Below, piece after piece: positions 47,620-60,019 of a stretch of DNA of 64,000 bases (its first letter is position 1; each line of letters starts with the position of its first letter). Source of the DNA: Cyanophora paradoxa CCMP329. Taxonomy: Eukaryota; Plantae; Glaucophyta. The DNA lies in assembly GCA_004431415.1 (NCBI GenBank), contig QPMI01000510.1, positions 62,001 through 126,000 on the forward strand, read 5' to 3'. The translations under genes were made by a program, and so were the position numbers. The notes below the pieces were generated by a model. That model saw nothing but the letters and a program-made list of their open reading frames with translations. It searched no databases and had not been told where the DNA came from.

Positions 47620-50573
47620 CTACGGGATGTCCTGCTCGCCAGCTACTCCTCGGGCCAGCGGCCGAAAGCCGCCGCTGGGCGGGGGCTGCCCGGCGGCGGC
47701 GATGTCGCCGGCGAGCTCGAGGGCGCCTGGGGGCGCTGGGGCGGGGGCGCGTGGGGCCAGGCGGGGCTGGCGGGGCGGGGCCGGCGGGGGTGCGGGGCGG
47801 CGAGGACGCGGACGATGTGCTCGACGACGTCCGCCCCGCAGCTGTTCAGCAGCGGCACCCGCACCTGAGGGCCGCCTCAGCGGGGGGTGGGGGTTGGGGG
47901 GGGGGAGCAGGGGCCGGAGGTCCAGCGGGCAGCGGAGGCAGGAAGGGAGGCAGGCCTCACCACAATGTGGCCGTGGGATGTCGGGCCCGGGAGCCGGACC
48001 TGCGCCCCCATCGCGAGGCGCCGGGGCTCGTCAGGGAGCGACAGAGGGCGCGGGCTGAAGAGAAGATTCGACGGGATCGCACGTCGACGCGGGTCCTGTA
48101 AACCCGATCAGAAAGAGCGAATGGGGGGGGGGGGGATACGGGCACGGACCAGGGGATGGAGTTGAGTCCCCGGTACATCTCGACGAGCGCCTCTCGCTTC
48201 GCATCCGCGCTGCGGAGAGACAGTTCTAAGGAATCGCCGCGAGTCGGGGAGGAAGGGGGGATACCGGAAGAGGACCTCCTCGTTCTCGGCCATGTTGGGG
48301 GTACCCGTGTCCCGCGGGGAGCGCGGCTCACTCGGCGGGGCGGGGGTGGGGCTGGCGGGCCGGAGGGCCGACCAGGGGCCAGAGGAGGGCGCGCCCCGGC
48401 TCGCCGGGCGGGGGGTGGGGGAGGGCGAGGGCGAGATCGAGGCCCCCCGGCTTGCCGGGCGGGGGGTACCGGGGCGGCGGCCGGCGCTCCCCGCGAGGCG
48501 GAGGGCCGCGGCCACCGAGCTCGAGGGGGGTACGCCCTCCTCAATCCCGGCACCCGTACCCGGGCCCATCGAGATCTCCCTCAGGCCCGCCTCCAGGATC
48601 GAGTCCAGGTCGGGCGAATCCGCCCCGCAGCGGTACCCCCCGCCCCCTTCCGCCGGGCAGTGGTGCGAAAGGGTCCTCTCGAGGCCGCGGAACGAGCCCG
48701 CGAGGGTACCGCCGCCGCCGCCGCGGCTCCCCCCCTCCATCGGCTCCGCCGGACAGTGGTGCGAGGCGCCGGCCGCGACTCCGTTCGCGGCTCTGCCCGC
48801 GCCGCTCGAGCATTCGCCGCCTGCTCGCGCTCAACGGAGAGAGAGAAGAGGGAGGCGGGGGGTACGGGCGCGCACGGTCGCAGGTTCCAGCAGCGCCTGC
48901 ATGACAAGCGCGAGCCTCAGAAAGAAGGCGAAGGCAGGTGGATGGGGGGCGCGGGGGGCACCGGAGGAGACGCGGACGATGTGAGGGAACTCGCGGGCGA
49001 TGGACGGCGCCTTCCTGCGCCCCGCGGCGCGTGAGCTTGGCGGAGCGAGGGGGGCGCAGGCGGGCGACGATCGGCCCTTCAAGGTGGGGCGGAGCGGACC
49101 AGATGGCACTGCGCGCCCCGACCCCGGTCAGGAGGCGGTTGGGGTTGGGCCTCGAAGCAAAGCGCGCGCGCACGACGGGGGGTCCCGGTAGGGGTTGCGG
49201 CACGCGATGGCCGCCGTGCAGTAGGGCACCCTGATCAAAACAATTCAAACGATGAACTAGAAATTTGGGAGGACGCCCGTGGGCGTGCAGGATTCGAGGA
49301 TAGGGGACGGGCGGGGTACGAGAGCAGGCGCGCGCACGTGATGTCGTTGACGGCGTTGGCGTACAGTACCCTGGGCAGGGAGCAGGGTCAGGGGTACAGC
49401 CGCGGTGTTGTGGGCGGGGGCGGGGGCGGGGGGCCCTGGGCGGAGGCGGGCGCTCACCGGTGCTCGAAGAGGGAGAGACCCTGGACGAAGCTCCCCGCTG
49501 CACGGCGGGGCGCCCGCTCGGAGGCGCGCCGCTTGCGTCCCGACACCGACTCCGGGGCGCACCGGGTTCGGACATGGCCGCGAGGAGGGGCCGACCGCCG
49601 GGCCCGTGCGCGTCCTCCAGAAGCAGCTGGCGCCCTTCGCGCGGCCGGCTCGCGTCAGAGGCGGCGCTGCGCTGCGCGGGCGCGGGGTGCGCGTGCGAGG
49701 CGGCGCGCCCGAGCGGCCGATGAGGCGCGCGGCGCCCCAGTTGAATATCTGCGCCACAGCGGCGGTGAGGCGCGGCGGGGCCGCCGATGTGGTCCCGGAT
49801 CCGGGTAACCTTGTTCCAGAGGCTCCGGGGCGAGCGGCGCGACCCCTGCGGGCCGGGTCGCGTCAGAGCGCACACGTACGAACGCTGTGCCGCACTGCGG
49901 CGGCGAGGCGGGGCGCGTACCATGTGCGGCGTTGCCATCGTTACGAAATGCTGCGGCGGTAGGGCGTGAGGGGGATGCGCTTGGGCGGCCAGCCGAAGCT
50001 CGCACGCGCCCGCGGATGGACGATGTTGAACCACTGCGGGCAGAATCGCTCAGAAACGAGGCCGAACGAGCTCGGAGGATGGCGGGAGTGCAGACTGACC
50101 CCCTCCTCGAACATCCTGCCTACGGCGTAGCGCGCGTACAAGCCTCCGAGGCTGTATCCCAAGATCGAGAACTCCTCGATGGTCGGATTGAGGATGATCG
50201 CCGTGCGGATCTCCGAGTACAACCGCTCGCCGCCCTTGTCGATCCCATCTTGTAGCGAAATTGGTCGGCGGAGCGGGCGGGGAGCGGGCGGACATCTCTC
50301 GTACGCACCGAACGAGCGCTCCAATGCATTGCACGACGGGTTCAGCTGCGAGGGCGCGACAATTAGTGGGCGCGCGGTGTCGAGCGATCCGCGTGAGCGG
50401 AGGATGAGCGCAGTGGGAGCCTCGCGCACGACGAGGGCGCGCGGGCAGGCGCGCGAAGCGATCGCATCTTGCAGGTACTGCAGGTGGCCTGAGGTCCCCA
50501 GAAGCCCATGCACGAGGACAACGAGCTGCACGGGACTCTCCGCATCTGAGAGCGGGCGCGGCGAAGCCGACAT
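47620..50573 (-). CDS. DUF676 putative serine esterase/lipase (alpha/beta hydrolase)
   Basis: LVVLVHGLLG, DGIDKGGERL, nucleophile elbow GYSLGGLYARYAVG, FVTMATPHMG, VLYANAVND, VPYCTAAI. Confidence 0.88.
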
Positions 50574-50945
50574 CGCGCCGCGCATGCCGCGCTGCGCCAC
50601 AGGCCGAACGAGGCGAGCCAGCGCAACGCTCGAGTTGCCGAGAATCCTGCAGCGCTGCGCCGAGCTCGAGGCCGAACGAGCGCTGTGCGACGCCGAGGGA
50701 ATTTGTACCCCTGGGTAGAGAAGTGTAGTTCTGGAAACCAGCCGCGCCGCAGTTGAGCCACAAACCAGCCTCACCGCAGCTGACACAGTTAACGTGGTAG
50801 CTCCAGTGCCCACGAGCTGCGCCCCAGAAGAGCGCCCCTCGCCTGACACCGTGCCTCGTTTTCATCATCGGAGTACATCTGGATTGCCTTCTGCCTGTCG
50901 ACGTCCCCCCGGCGCCCTCCAGTGGCTGAGCGCTCAGGCAGGCGC

Positions 50946-51797
50946 ATGGCCAGCACGGGCGGTACACGAGCGGAAGAAGCTGTCGGACAGGAAGATGCTC
51001 GGTGCTCGAAGGTCGCTTGGCGAGCGCGGGCCTTCCTGGATAGCATCGCTGAGTTCTTCGGGCGGCTTGCGGATCTCGCGCGGCGCTGGCGGGGAGGGGA
51101 GGACTCTAACGCCCCCGATGCGCTCTCGGAGAGCCCTTTCGACATCCTGAGCGACGACATCCTCTCCTGCATCTTCTGCTTCCTGGATCCGGAGCTGGAT
51201 CTAATTAACGTCGCCATCGCATGCCAGAGGTGCGGGCAGCGGCCCCGCGCGGCCCTTCGCGCTTGTGGGGGCAAGGCAACCGTGGCGCAGGTTCCGGGAG
51301 CCGGCGATGTATGCGCTTCGAATCCACAAGGAGGAGCTTGAGTTCCAGTGCCGGTGCAGCGCGTGCTGCAGTGCCCTTCCGTGGCCCTTCCAGATTTCTT
51401 AAGGTCTTCTTTGCGACGCCAGAGAACTCCGCATCAACCGACTCGCGGCGCGCATCCTCCGGCGCACGAGGATTGAGGATAACGGGTGCTTTAAACCGAT
51501 CCAGAATTGGTCGCCTTCGCGGCTGCGCCAGCTCACTTCAATTTGTCCGAAATCGGCCCACGCGCGCAGGGTTTCGTGCCTTCGGAGGCTCCTGGAGGCG
51601 CGCCGAACGGGGCAGAGCACATATGGACTCGCGGCCCGCACCGAGCGGCGACGGCGCGGCGCGGCCCCGGGGGGCGAAGAGCTCGAGGGGCAGGAGGGCG
51701 GGCCGCCTCGCACCGCGCCGTCCGCCGCCCCGCCGCCCGCAGCTGCAGCCGCGCCGGCCGGCGCCTCGCAGCCGCTACAGCCGATCCTAGAGGCTGA
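50946..51797 (+). CDS. Small F-box protein
   Basis: F-box motif PFDILSDDILSCIFCFLDPELDLINVAIACQR-F. 3' end uncertain. Confidence 0.7.
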
Positions 51798-52286
51798 TTC
51801 TGCGGGGGAGCGCTAGCGCCCCTGCTGTAACTCCCCTCCAGCTAAAAGCTTCGGAATTCGCAGTCTGGAATTCGCAGTCCTACGCATAAATGCTACTTCC
51901 ATGCTGCAGAAATGTTGTGCATGTACATGCTCGCGCATTGTATTCGAGTTGGTGTAAAAATATTAATCGTCTCGTCCACGCCGAGACTCTGAGACGTTGA
52001 CCGGGATATCGATCGAGCGTCCGGACGTGAGGGCTTTAATTAAAATATAAGAGCCTCGGAGCCCGGCGCGTGCGTGTTTAGAGGGATTTTGTCATTTCCG
52101 GAGATCGGCCTAGTAGAGAGGCTAGAGTAGTGAAACTCTGTCGGATCGATATCAAATCTACGATCGCGAGTACTGTCATACTGCTGAACCTGCATCACGC
52201 TGAGGCCGGTCTTGCACTCACTAGTGCTGCATAAACCTGTTGTCTAGAATCCCGTGCCACCCCTAGGGCACCGGAATGGGGGATTT

Positions 52287-54147
52287 CTAGCTCAACAGAG
52301 TCTCGCGAGAGAGACCTCGAGCTCGAACTCTGCATCCGGACGGGGTCCGACGGTCCTCTAGATCATCAATGTCGGATCTGCCTTTCAAGAAGCTTTCATA
52401 GTCAAGCTGTGTTGACATTGATGGCAGCAGAGCGAGAAAAAGGGTGACGCTGTATGGGTGCAAGGTCGGTACAAGGGCGGGTACAAGGTGGAGGAAAGAG
52501 GGCCGGGGTCGCTTGTGGCGGCGCGGCCAGCTGCAGACGATCAGGGGGGCGGCCGGGAGGCCGCGGAGCCCCGCGCGCTGCCGGCCCCCGGGGCGCCCAC
52601 CGGCACCTCCCGCGCCAGCTTCATCGCCTGCGGGGGGTACACGCCCTTGGCTCCGGCAGAGGGGCACGGACGTCCGGGGCGGGGCGCACCTGGATCTTGA
52701 GGGCGTCGAGCTCCTGCTTGGAGATGCCGGGGGGCACCTCCTCCGCGTAGATGCGCATCGCCTCTGCGGGGCGGGTCGGGGGCCGGCGGCGGCAGCTCGG
52801 AGTCGGGCGGGCCGACCTTCGATGTCGCCCCCGGAGAGCGCCCTGGCCAGCATGGCGATCACCTGGGGAGGACGTGAGGCGCGCAGAGGACGGGGCGAGG
52901 GGCGGGCGGGGCGGGGCGCGCCTCCTTGATGCGCTGCGGGGTCCACCCGGGCGCGGCGGCCGAGCCGGCCGCCGCCTCCGTCTCCAGCTTCTGCTCCTGC
53001 TCCTCCAGCTGCGAGCGGCGAGGCTCAAGGCCTGCCCGTGATGACGAAAAGGCAAGCGCTATGGAGGGATTCGGGGCGAGCGCGCGATGCTGGGGCCGGG
53101 CAGGCCATGCATCTTTTCGCCGATATCGATGCCTCGGGCCCGGCGGCTCTCGGGGGGCCGGCAGGCGAGGGGGGAGGTCGGGGCGCACCCCCGCGTAGGG
53201 GTCGGCCTCGGCGGAGATGAGCTTCCGGCGGGCCACCGGCGCCGTCTTCGGGCGGCCCCTCTTCGGCTGGTCCGACGGGATCGCCCGCGCCTCTGCGAAG
53301 GGAAGGGAGGCGACGCTCATTTCGAGGGGGGAGGGGGGGGATTGGAGGGGTACCGAGCCACTTCTGGTGCTCCCGGTTCTTCGCCTCCGCGTCGCGGTAC
53401 AGCCGCGCGTAGACGTTGCTCTTGGGGCGCAGGATCGACTCCAGGACCTGCCACGTTTCAGTTGGACTGACCAGGGTGCTGGGATCGGCTCCCGGCTGAC
53501 CTCTTGGGCGCTGGGCGCGTGCTGCGACAGGCTCCCAGGGTGGCCCTTGTAGGGCTGGAAGTAGGGGCTCTCGGGCACGGCCGGCCCGCCCTCTTTCCTC
53601 CGCACCCTGCGCCGCGCTCAGCCGGCGGGCGGGGCGGGGCCGGCGGGCGGGGCGGGGGCGATCGCACTTCACAGCGGTGTATCTGCGCCGGATGCGCATC
53701 TCCTCGCGCTCGAGCTCCAGAGCCTGCGGCGGAGTGGCGGCGCGTCAGCGGGTTCAAGCGGGCGCCGATGCGGGGGGGAGGATGGGCGGGTGCCTTCTCC
53801 AGGCGCCGGGAGATGTCTGTGCTGAGGTAGTCCGAGGCGGAGTGGAGGAGGGGCGCGATGGCGTTGGGGAGGCCGAGGACGGGGGGCGGCCGGCTGCGGG
53901 AGGCCGAGGCGCTCCCCGGGCGGGAGGAGTAGGAGTGGGAGGGGAGGGAGGAGGTCGACGCCCTCGTGCTCGCGGCGCTAAGGGGCCGCCGCATCGACGC
54001 GAGGGAGAGCGTCCGGGAGACGTGCGAGGCGGACATCGGGCGCCGCCGGAAGTCGTCGGAGTCCGGACTGTAGAAAGGCACGATCGGGTCCACGCTCAGC
54101 TCCGGGTGCCTTATGTCCACATTGCTGTAGTTCCGCGCGAAGGACAT
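52287..54147 (-). CDS. Hypothetical protein (Ser/Arg-rich N-terminus, coiled-coil segments)
   Basis: Consistent spliced exons: MSFARNYSNVDIRHPEL, ISRRLEKALELEREEMRIR, SNVYARLYRDAEAK, EAMRIYAEEVPPGISKQELDALKIQ. Confidence 0.65.
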
Positions 54148-54612
54148 CTTTGGACGCGGTCTGCGCCCGCCGCACCGCGCGGGCCGCTCAAAGGCCGCAA
54201 GCTTTAGCTGCGCGTCGCGCGGGGTGCGATGCGTCAGGCAGCACAAAGAGATCCAGATCTCTTCAAGATTACTGCACGATCAAAGCCGGCACTCCAGCGC
54301 TCGCTAGAAAGCGCCGAGAAGGCTGCCCGTCGAAGTGACCGCAGCTAGGCTAAGCTTGCAAGGTTGCCCGGAGGGAGCGCGGCGCTCTCTCGCCGTGCAG
54401 GTGGCACCAGCGCATGCATTAGAAGCCACCCCGCTCGTCCCCGACCGGAGCGGCCAGGCTGCCTAAACGGTCCGCCCGGCCATCCGCAATGCTAGCTAAG
54501 GGATCCTAGAGCCCGGTACAGCTAATTCGCACCTGTTAGGAGCGCCCGAGGTGCTCGTCGGACGGCTGGCTTAGGCAAGTTTTGGCGTCAGTGTCTGTAC
54601 CCGTTTTCCGCG

Positions 54613-55771
54613 ATGGTGCGACGGTCTTCGGCGTCCCGGAAGGCCTCTGACTGCTGCGCAGGCGCAGCAAACGCTTCTACAGAAGGTTGTCGATGCTGGC
54701 GCGGATGTCGAGAAACTGCAGAAGCTGTTCGACAGCCTCGACAAGAACGAGCAGCTGCTGCTCGCAGGCGGCTCGGCTTTGCTGCCGCTCATTATCATTC
54801 TGATCTGTAAGCTGCTCGAACCCGTAGCGCGTGCCGCGTGGACCGCTTGCTCTGACCGCCACTCCAGTCGTCTTCGTTGTCTTCCGGCCGACGAAGAAGG
54901 GCAGCCGCGTGCTCATTCTGGGCGCTGTAAATGCGGGCAAGACCGTCCTCTTCCATCAGGTGCGCCTTACGCGAGCTCGCGCCGCTAATCGCGCCCGGGC
55001 TGGCCGGCGCAGCAAGTCTTACCGATACCGCAGTTGCGTGACGGCAAGCGCGTCGAGACGCACACCTCTATGAAGGAGAACGAAGGCACCTTCCGGCCCC
55101 ACGCGGATGTGGTGCGCCGCGGACCGCTAGCTCGCCTCGCGACGCCGACCTCACGCACGCGGCGTCACGGGCGCAGGATCCAACCGCTGAGCGCTCCCCG
55201 ATGAAGCCGCTACACATCGTCGACTTCCCGGGGCACGCCCGCGTCCGCTACCAGCTCGCCGAGCAGCTCGCCGCGGCCCGCGCCGTCGTCTTCGTCGTCG
55301 ACAGCGAGAAGATCATCGAGGAGATCCGCTCCGTTGCGGAGTGCGTATCGCGCCCCCGTTGCTGACGCTCGGCGCCGACGACGCGAGCAGGTACATGTAC
55401 GACCTGATGACCGACAAGTCCCTCCGCTCGACCAAGCGCTTCCCGATGCTTGTGGCGTGCAACAAGCACGACTCGGTCAGCGCACACTCCATCGACACCG
55501 TGCGGTCGAAGCTCGAGCGCGAGATGTGCGGTCTTTTGTCGTCCCCGGCCCGCCCGCCCGCGCTGACGCCCCGCACAGCGAGCAGCTCAGGCGCACGCGC
55601 ATGGCGGCGCCAGTGGACAGCGAGTCGCAGCGGACGCACCTGCCGCTGGGCAAGGCCGACGAGCCCTTTGAGTTCGCCAAGGCGCCCTTCGCGGTGCAGT
55701 TTGCGCCCTGCTCGGCGTCCACGGGCAAGGTGGACACCGTGGTCGCCTTCCTCCGCTCCCTCTCCAAGTAG
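54613..55771 (+). CDS. SRPRB: Signal recognition particle receptor subunit beta
   Basis: N-terminal TM helix, P-loop GAVNAGKT, THTSM, IVDFPGHARVR, VVFVVDS, LVACNKHD, LEREIEQLRRTR, LGKADEPFEF. Confidence 0.93.
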
Positions 55772-56183
55772 GCTCGCGCGGCTAGGCGATGTGAATCTAG
55801 GGGCGTGCTTTCTTCAATATCGTCGCGCGAGGCTTTCGCGTTCAAATTTCCCGCACTGCTTGGATCTTCCCTTTCGTCTCGGACGCGGGAGACAACCTAG
55901 TATGCGGACTCTCCTTAGCTGGCAAACGTGGAGTTGCCTGACCGTGGGCATCCATTACTGTTCTTGGTGACCCACCACACCCGACCCCGCCCACATCCGC
56001 GCGCCGCTCGAAAAAATCGCTTGACCTGAAGCGAAACCTTTTGAAAAAGGAGACAGCGCCTGTCGATAGCCTAACATACGAAGAAACGCAAGCGGAAAGG
56101 GGAAAGGGGAGGGATGAGGAGACGGCGCAGCCGCAGATCTGCGCTAGAACCTGCAACTACGCCGCTAAGCCTGGCGACGATTC

Positions 56184-57192
56184 TTACGCGTTCTTCGCCG
56201 CGTTCAGCTGCTTCTTGGTCGGGACAGACCGGTCGCGCACCCACTGCGAGCCGGCAACAGTGAGCCCGGAGCGCAGCGCGTAGGACAAGGAGCGGGAGGA
56301 CGCGGGAGACGAGCAGACCTTCGCCTTGACGGGCACGATCTCGACCTTGCCGCCGGCGGCCTCAATCTTGGCGCGCGCCGACTCGCTGACCGCCTCCGCG
56401 CGGACAGTGATCGGGACCTTGATCTCGCCGTCGCCGAGGATCTTGAGGAGCTTCTTCTCGCTGTCAACCTTGGACCGCAGGTCCTTCCACAGGGTCTGGT
56501 CGAGCGACTCCATATCGACAACGGTGTTGGGGGCGAGCACGGACAGGTCGCCGACGTTCAGCTCGTTGTGCTCCTTCACGCCCGCGCTCATGCCGCCGGC
56601 GATACCCTTGAGCTTCGGAACGCGACGGTACAGCGGGTTCTGGCCACCCTCGAAGCCGGGGCGGGTGCTGCGGCCCGAGCGGGACTTCTGGCCACGCATG
56701 CCTGACGTGGGCGAGCGATCGGTAAGAATCTCTCCAATCTCTCTTGCGCGACGTGATGCGCACCAAAGCCGCAGGTCGCGCCCTGGCCGGCCGAGATACC
56801 GCGGCCCTTGCGCTTGGCGGCGCGGTTCGAGCCCTTCGCCGGGGACAGCGAGCCGAGGTCCAGACCGCCGGCCACGACATTGGACGCTGAGGGACGCGGC
56901 CGCGGGCCCCAGATCAGCGCGGATTGCCCCAAGGCGGGCAGAAGATATTTTTCTTCTCAGGGCCGCCCGGCGCGCCCGCGTCAGGCAGCAATGCCCACGC
57001 ACCCGCAGCGCCGCCGACGTGGAAGGTCACAGACGCCTTCGCGCCCGCGGAGAGGGAGGCCTCGCCGGCGAAGAAGGTGCTGCCGCTCGCGCCGCCAACA
57101 GCCTTGAAGAAGCTCAGATCACGCTTCTGGCTGTTGCTGCTGATGCTAAGCTGGCCCAGGCGGGCAGCGACGGGCGCGAAGCTGAACGCCAT
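56184..57192 (-). CDS. rpl15: Plastid ribosomal protein uL15c (nucleus-encoded) with transit peptide
   Basis: [27 protein letters not shown]...GFEGGQNPLYRRVPKLKGIAGGM, LKILGDGEI, ARAKIEAAGG (plastid/cyanobacterial type). Transit peptide begins MAFSFAPVAA. Confidence 0.95.
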
Positions 57193-57320
57193 TGCTTCGA
57201 TCTTCCGACCGCGAACTGTGTACCCCCTCGCGACCCCACCCCTTCCATTCTCCCCTACCCCCACTCTTGCTTTGAAGCCTTTGAATTGCCTGCAAAGCCC
57301 TGCATTGTCGGCCTTGCAAT

Positions 57321-59335
57321 ATGGCTTCAGCCGAACTCCTGCTTGAGCTTCCCTCGTACGGCGCCGTCGCGGGCGCTGACCGGGCCGGCTTCGTGTTCTT
57401 TGTCGGGAACGCGACTGTCGTCCTGCGCTTCGGCGGGCTCACGATTCTGACCGGTTAGTCCAACCCGCCCGCCCTGCGCTGCACGCGCTGCGCCTGCCTC
57501 GCCTGAACTTTCTCTCTAGACCCAAACTTCCTGCATCGCGTGCGCCGCGCCCCATTGCTTCGTCTTTCTATGGCATTTTCGTGCGCTTTCGGGCGCCGCA
57601 CGCGACCGCGCGAGCGCAGGGCGACCACGTTCACCTCGGATATAGAGTTCGTCGAGCCCGCCGCGGCCGCAGCGCTGCGGCTTGCTTGACGGCTGCGGCA
57701 GGTCGTCTATGCTCAGCGCCTCACCGATCCAGCTATCGATCTCAACGAGCTGCCTCCCATCGACCTCTGCAGTGCATCGCTGACGGCGCCCGGCGCCCGC
57801 TTGCCACTGACGGCGCTGACGCGGCCGGCCCCGCAGTTCTCTCGCACCTCCACGAGGACCACTTCGACAAGCGCGTCGAGGCGGAGCTGGATCGCAGCCT
57901 GCCCATCGCGACAACGCCCGAGGCCGCGGAGAAGCTGCGAGCCAAGGGGTGCGCCCGGCGTTGCTGTGAATTTGGATCCAGCTTCGACTTATTTTTCCTG
58001 TGCTCGCCAGATTCACGCGCACGATGGGCCTCGCGACGTGGCAGACGCTACGGGTGCTCAAGGGCGGCACAGAGCTCACTGTCACCGCCGCGCCTGGTGC
58101 GCGCCTCGAGATTCGCAGCCGCCTCGCTTATTCGCGGCTGCAACTCGCCGTAGGGCAGCACACGCCGTCCCCGCTCTCCCTTCTGCCCTTCCACGTCCTC
58201 CCGCCCGTCAACGGATCCATTCTGAGCTTCCGGGACCTCGCGGCCGGCGGCCAGGCACGGCCGCGGCCCCTTCGCTTTATACAACAGCAGACTTTTTAAA
58301 AGACCGATTGGCAGGCGCCGCCCCTGCTGCGGCTGTACATCTCAGGCGACACGCTCATCCACTCCGACCTCCACGAGATCCCGCGGCGATTCCCCGGTTC
58401 GAATCCGAGCTGCCACCTCTCAAGCGCCGTGCCACGGGAGCTCACGGGGGTACAGGAATCGACCTGGCCCTCCTGCACCTCGGGGGTACGAAGGTCTTCG
58501 GGCTCCTTGTCACGATGGACGCGGCGCAGGGGGTCGAGTGCTTCCGAATCGTGAACCCCGAGCGGGCGCGCAACCCTCTACTCCTGCATCCCTTGTCTGA
58601 CACTCAACTCCTCTCAGGCCATCCCCATCCACTACAACGACTACAGCCGGCCCGGCCCCCCCATCCCCATCTACGTACCCCTTCCCCTTCACCTTACCCT
58701 TTCCTGTACCTCTCGACAGCTTCTCCTCGGGCCTGGATGACTTCAAGCGAGCCGCCGAGGCCGCCGGCATCCAGGTGCCGGGCGCACCACCGCCCCGTCT
58801 CCCCGCCCCTTTATTCTCACTTTGACCAGGACCGAATGCTGTACCTGGAGCACGGGGAGTGCTTCGAGTTCCGTGTCCAGGAAGCGCGGGGTGCTCTGTC
58901 TGATGTGCACCTTGGTTGGCGCCCTCCGAATCCTGCCGCAGGCGAAGGGGCCAAGGGCAGGCTGGTCCCAACGAGGACGCTGGGCCGCGGTGCGCCGACG
59001 CCGGCGCCCGAGCCGCTCGCTCTTCGCTTGCACTCGCCGAGTCGGCGGGCGCAGAAGAGGGCAAGGCCCGGGTGGCGGAGCTCCGTCGCAGCGGAGGAAC
59101 AGGTGCCGGCGCCGGCGCTGGCGCTGCGCGGCTGGTCCAGCCGTCCGGTGCCCCCGCCTCCCGTGGCGTTGGGCCGGGGCTCCCCCCGGTAGTTTCTCTA
59201 AGAGGCAGCGCAGGAGGAGCTGGCGCCTCCTCTGCGACTGCTCAGGCATCCGAGCGCCTCTCCCTCGGGGCCGGCGCTGGCACCGGCGGTGGCGACGGCG
59301 ACGGCCGCGGGCTGCCCGCGGCGGCCGAGCAGTAA
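57321..59335 (+). CDS. Metallo-beta-lactamase-fold hydrolase (UlaG/Lactamase_B-like)
   Basis: FFVGNATVVLRFGGLTILTDPNFLH-GDHVHLGY, metal motif SHLHEDHFD, YISGDT, IDLALLHLGG, AIPIHYNDY. 3' end approximate. Confidence 0.88.
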
Positions 59336-59568
59336 ATCTCTCCAAGCAGCTGCAGCAGCTCGATGGTGTTTCGTGCTCGAACTTGCCCCGAGTACCGGCA
59401 GCTTTTTAGTGAAGTCACGCGTTCTGCACAAATAAAGGCACTTGCAGGCGCTCTAGATCTGCGCGTGCAAGCTCCGCGACTGCTGCACTGCGCATATGCA
59501 GGTGCTCCGAGCTCCGAGCTCGCTGCAAAAGCATGCAGCTGCAGTACGCGCTAGCATGCGCTGCGTGG

Positions 59569-59618
59569 GCGCGCGCGCATGCATGTGCATGCGCATGCGC
59601 ATGCGCATGCGCGCGCAC
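59569..59618. repeat. Alternating purine-pyrimidine tract (GCGCAT)n
   Basis: gcgcgcgcatgcatgtgcatgcgcatgcgcatgcgcatgcgcgcgcac, intergenic and upstream of the histidine kinase. Confidence 0.8.
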
Positions 59619-60019
59619 TGCCGCGGCCGACTCGACGGCGAGCCCGGCGAGCCGCGAGCGCGCGGCACATTGTGCTGTGCACGTGCGTCGCGTACATACG
59701 GACCGTACGCGTCGCACCGGAGCGCTAGCTGAAGCTTAGTAAACGAGGCGCAGCTGCGACTCAGCCTGCGGGGCGCAGCTGCGGTGGCTGGACGGTTTTT
59801 CAACTTGAACCGTGCACGTGGTTCGGAGCGGTCACCGGGTGGCAGGTTCGCCGTCAGACTGCCGTCAGTCGCATTGGGGGTACGTGAAGATTGCAACCGC
59901 AAGTCCTGCGGTCGCCTGTCTGCCCACGGCTGGTCGCCTCCTGGGTGCCATATCGCCCTGTTTAGCATAACCAAACCCATAGAGCACGCGAAAGTTGTCG
60001 TCACCAGCGCGCTAGAGCG

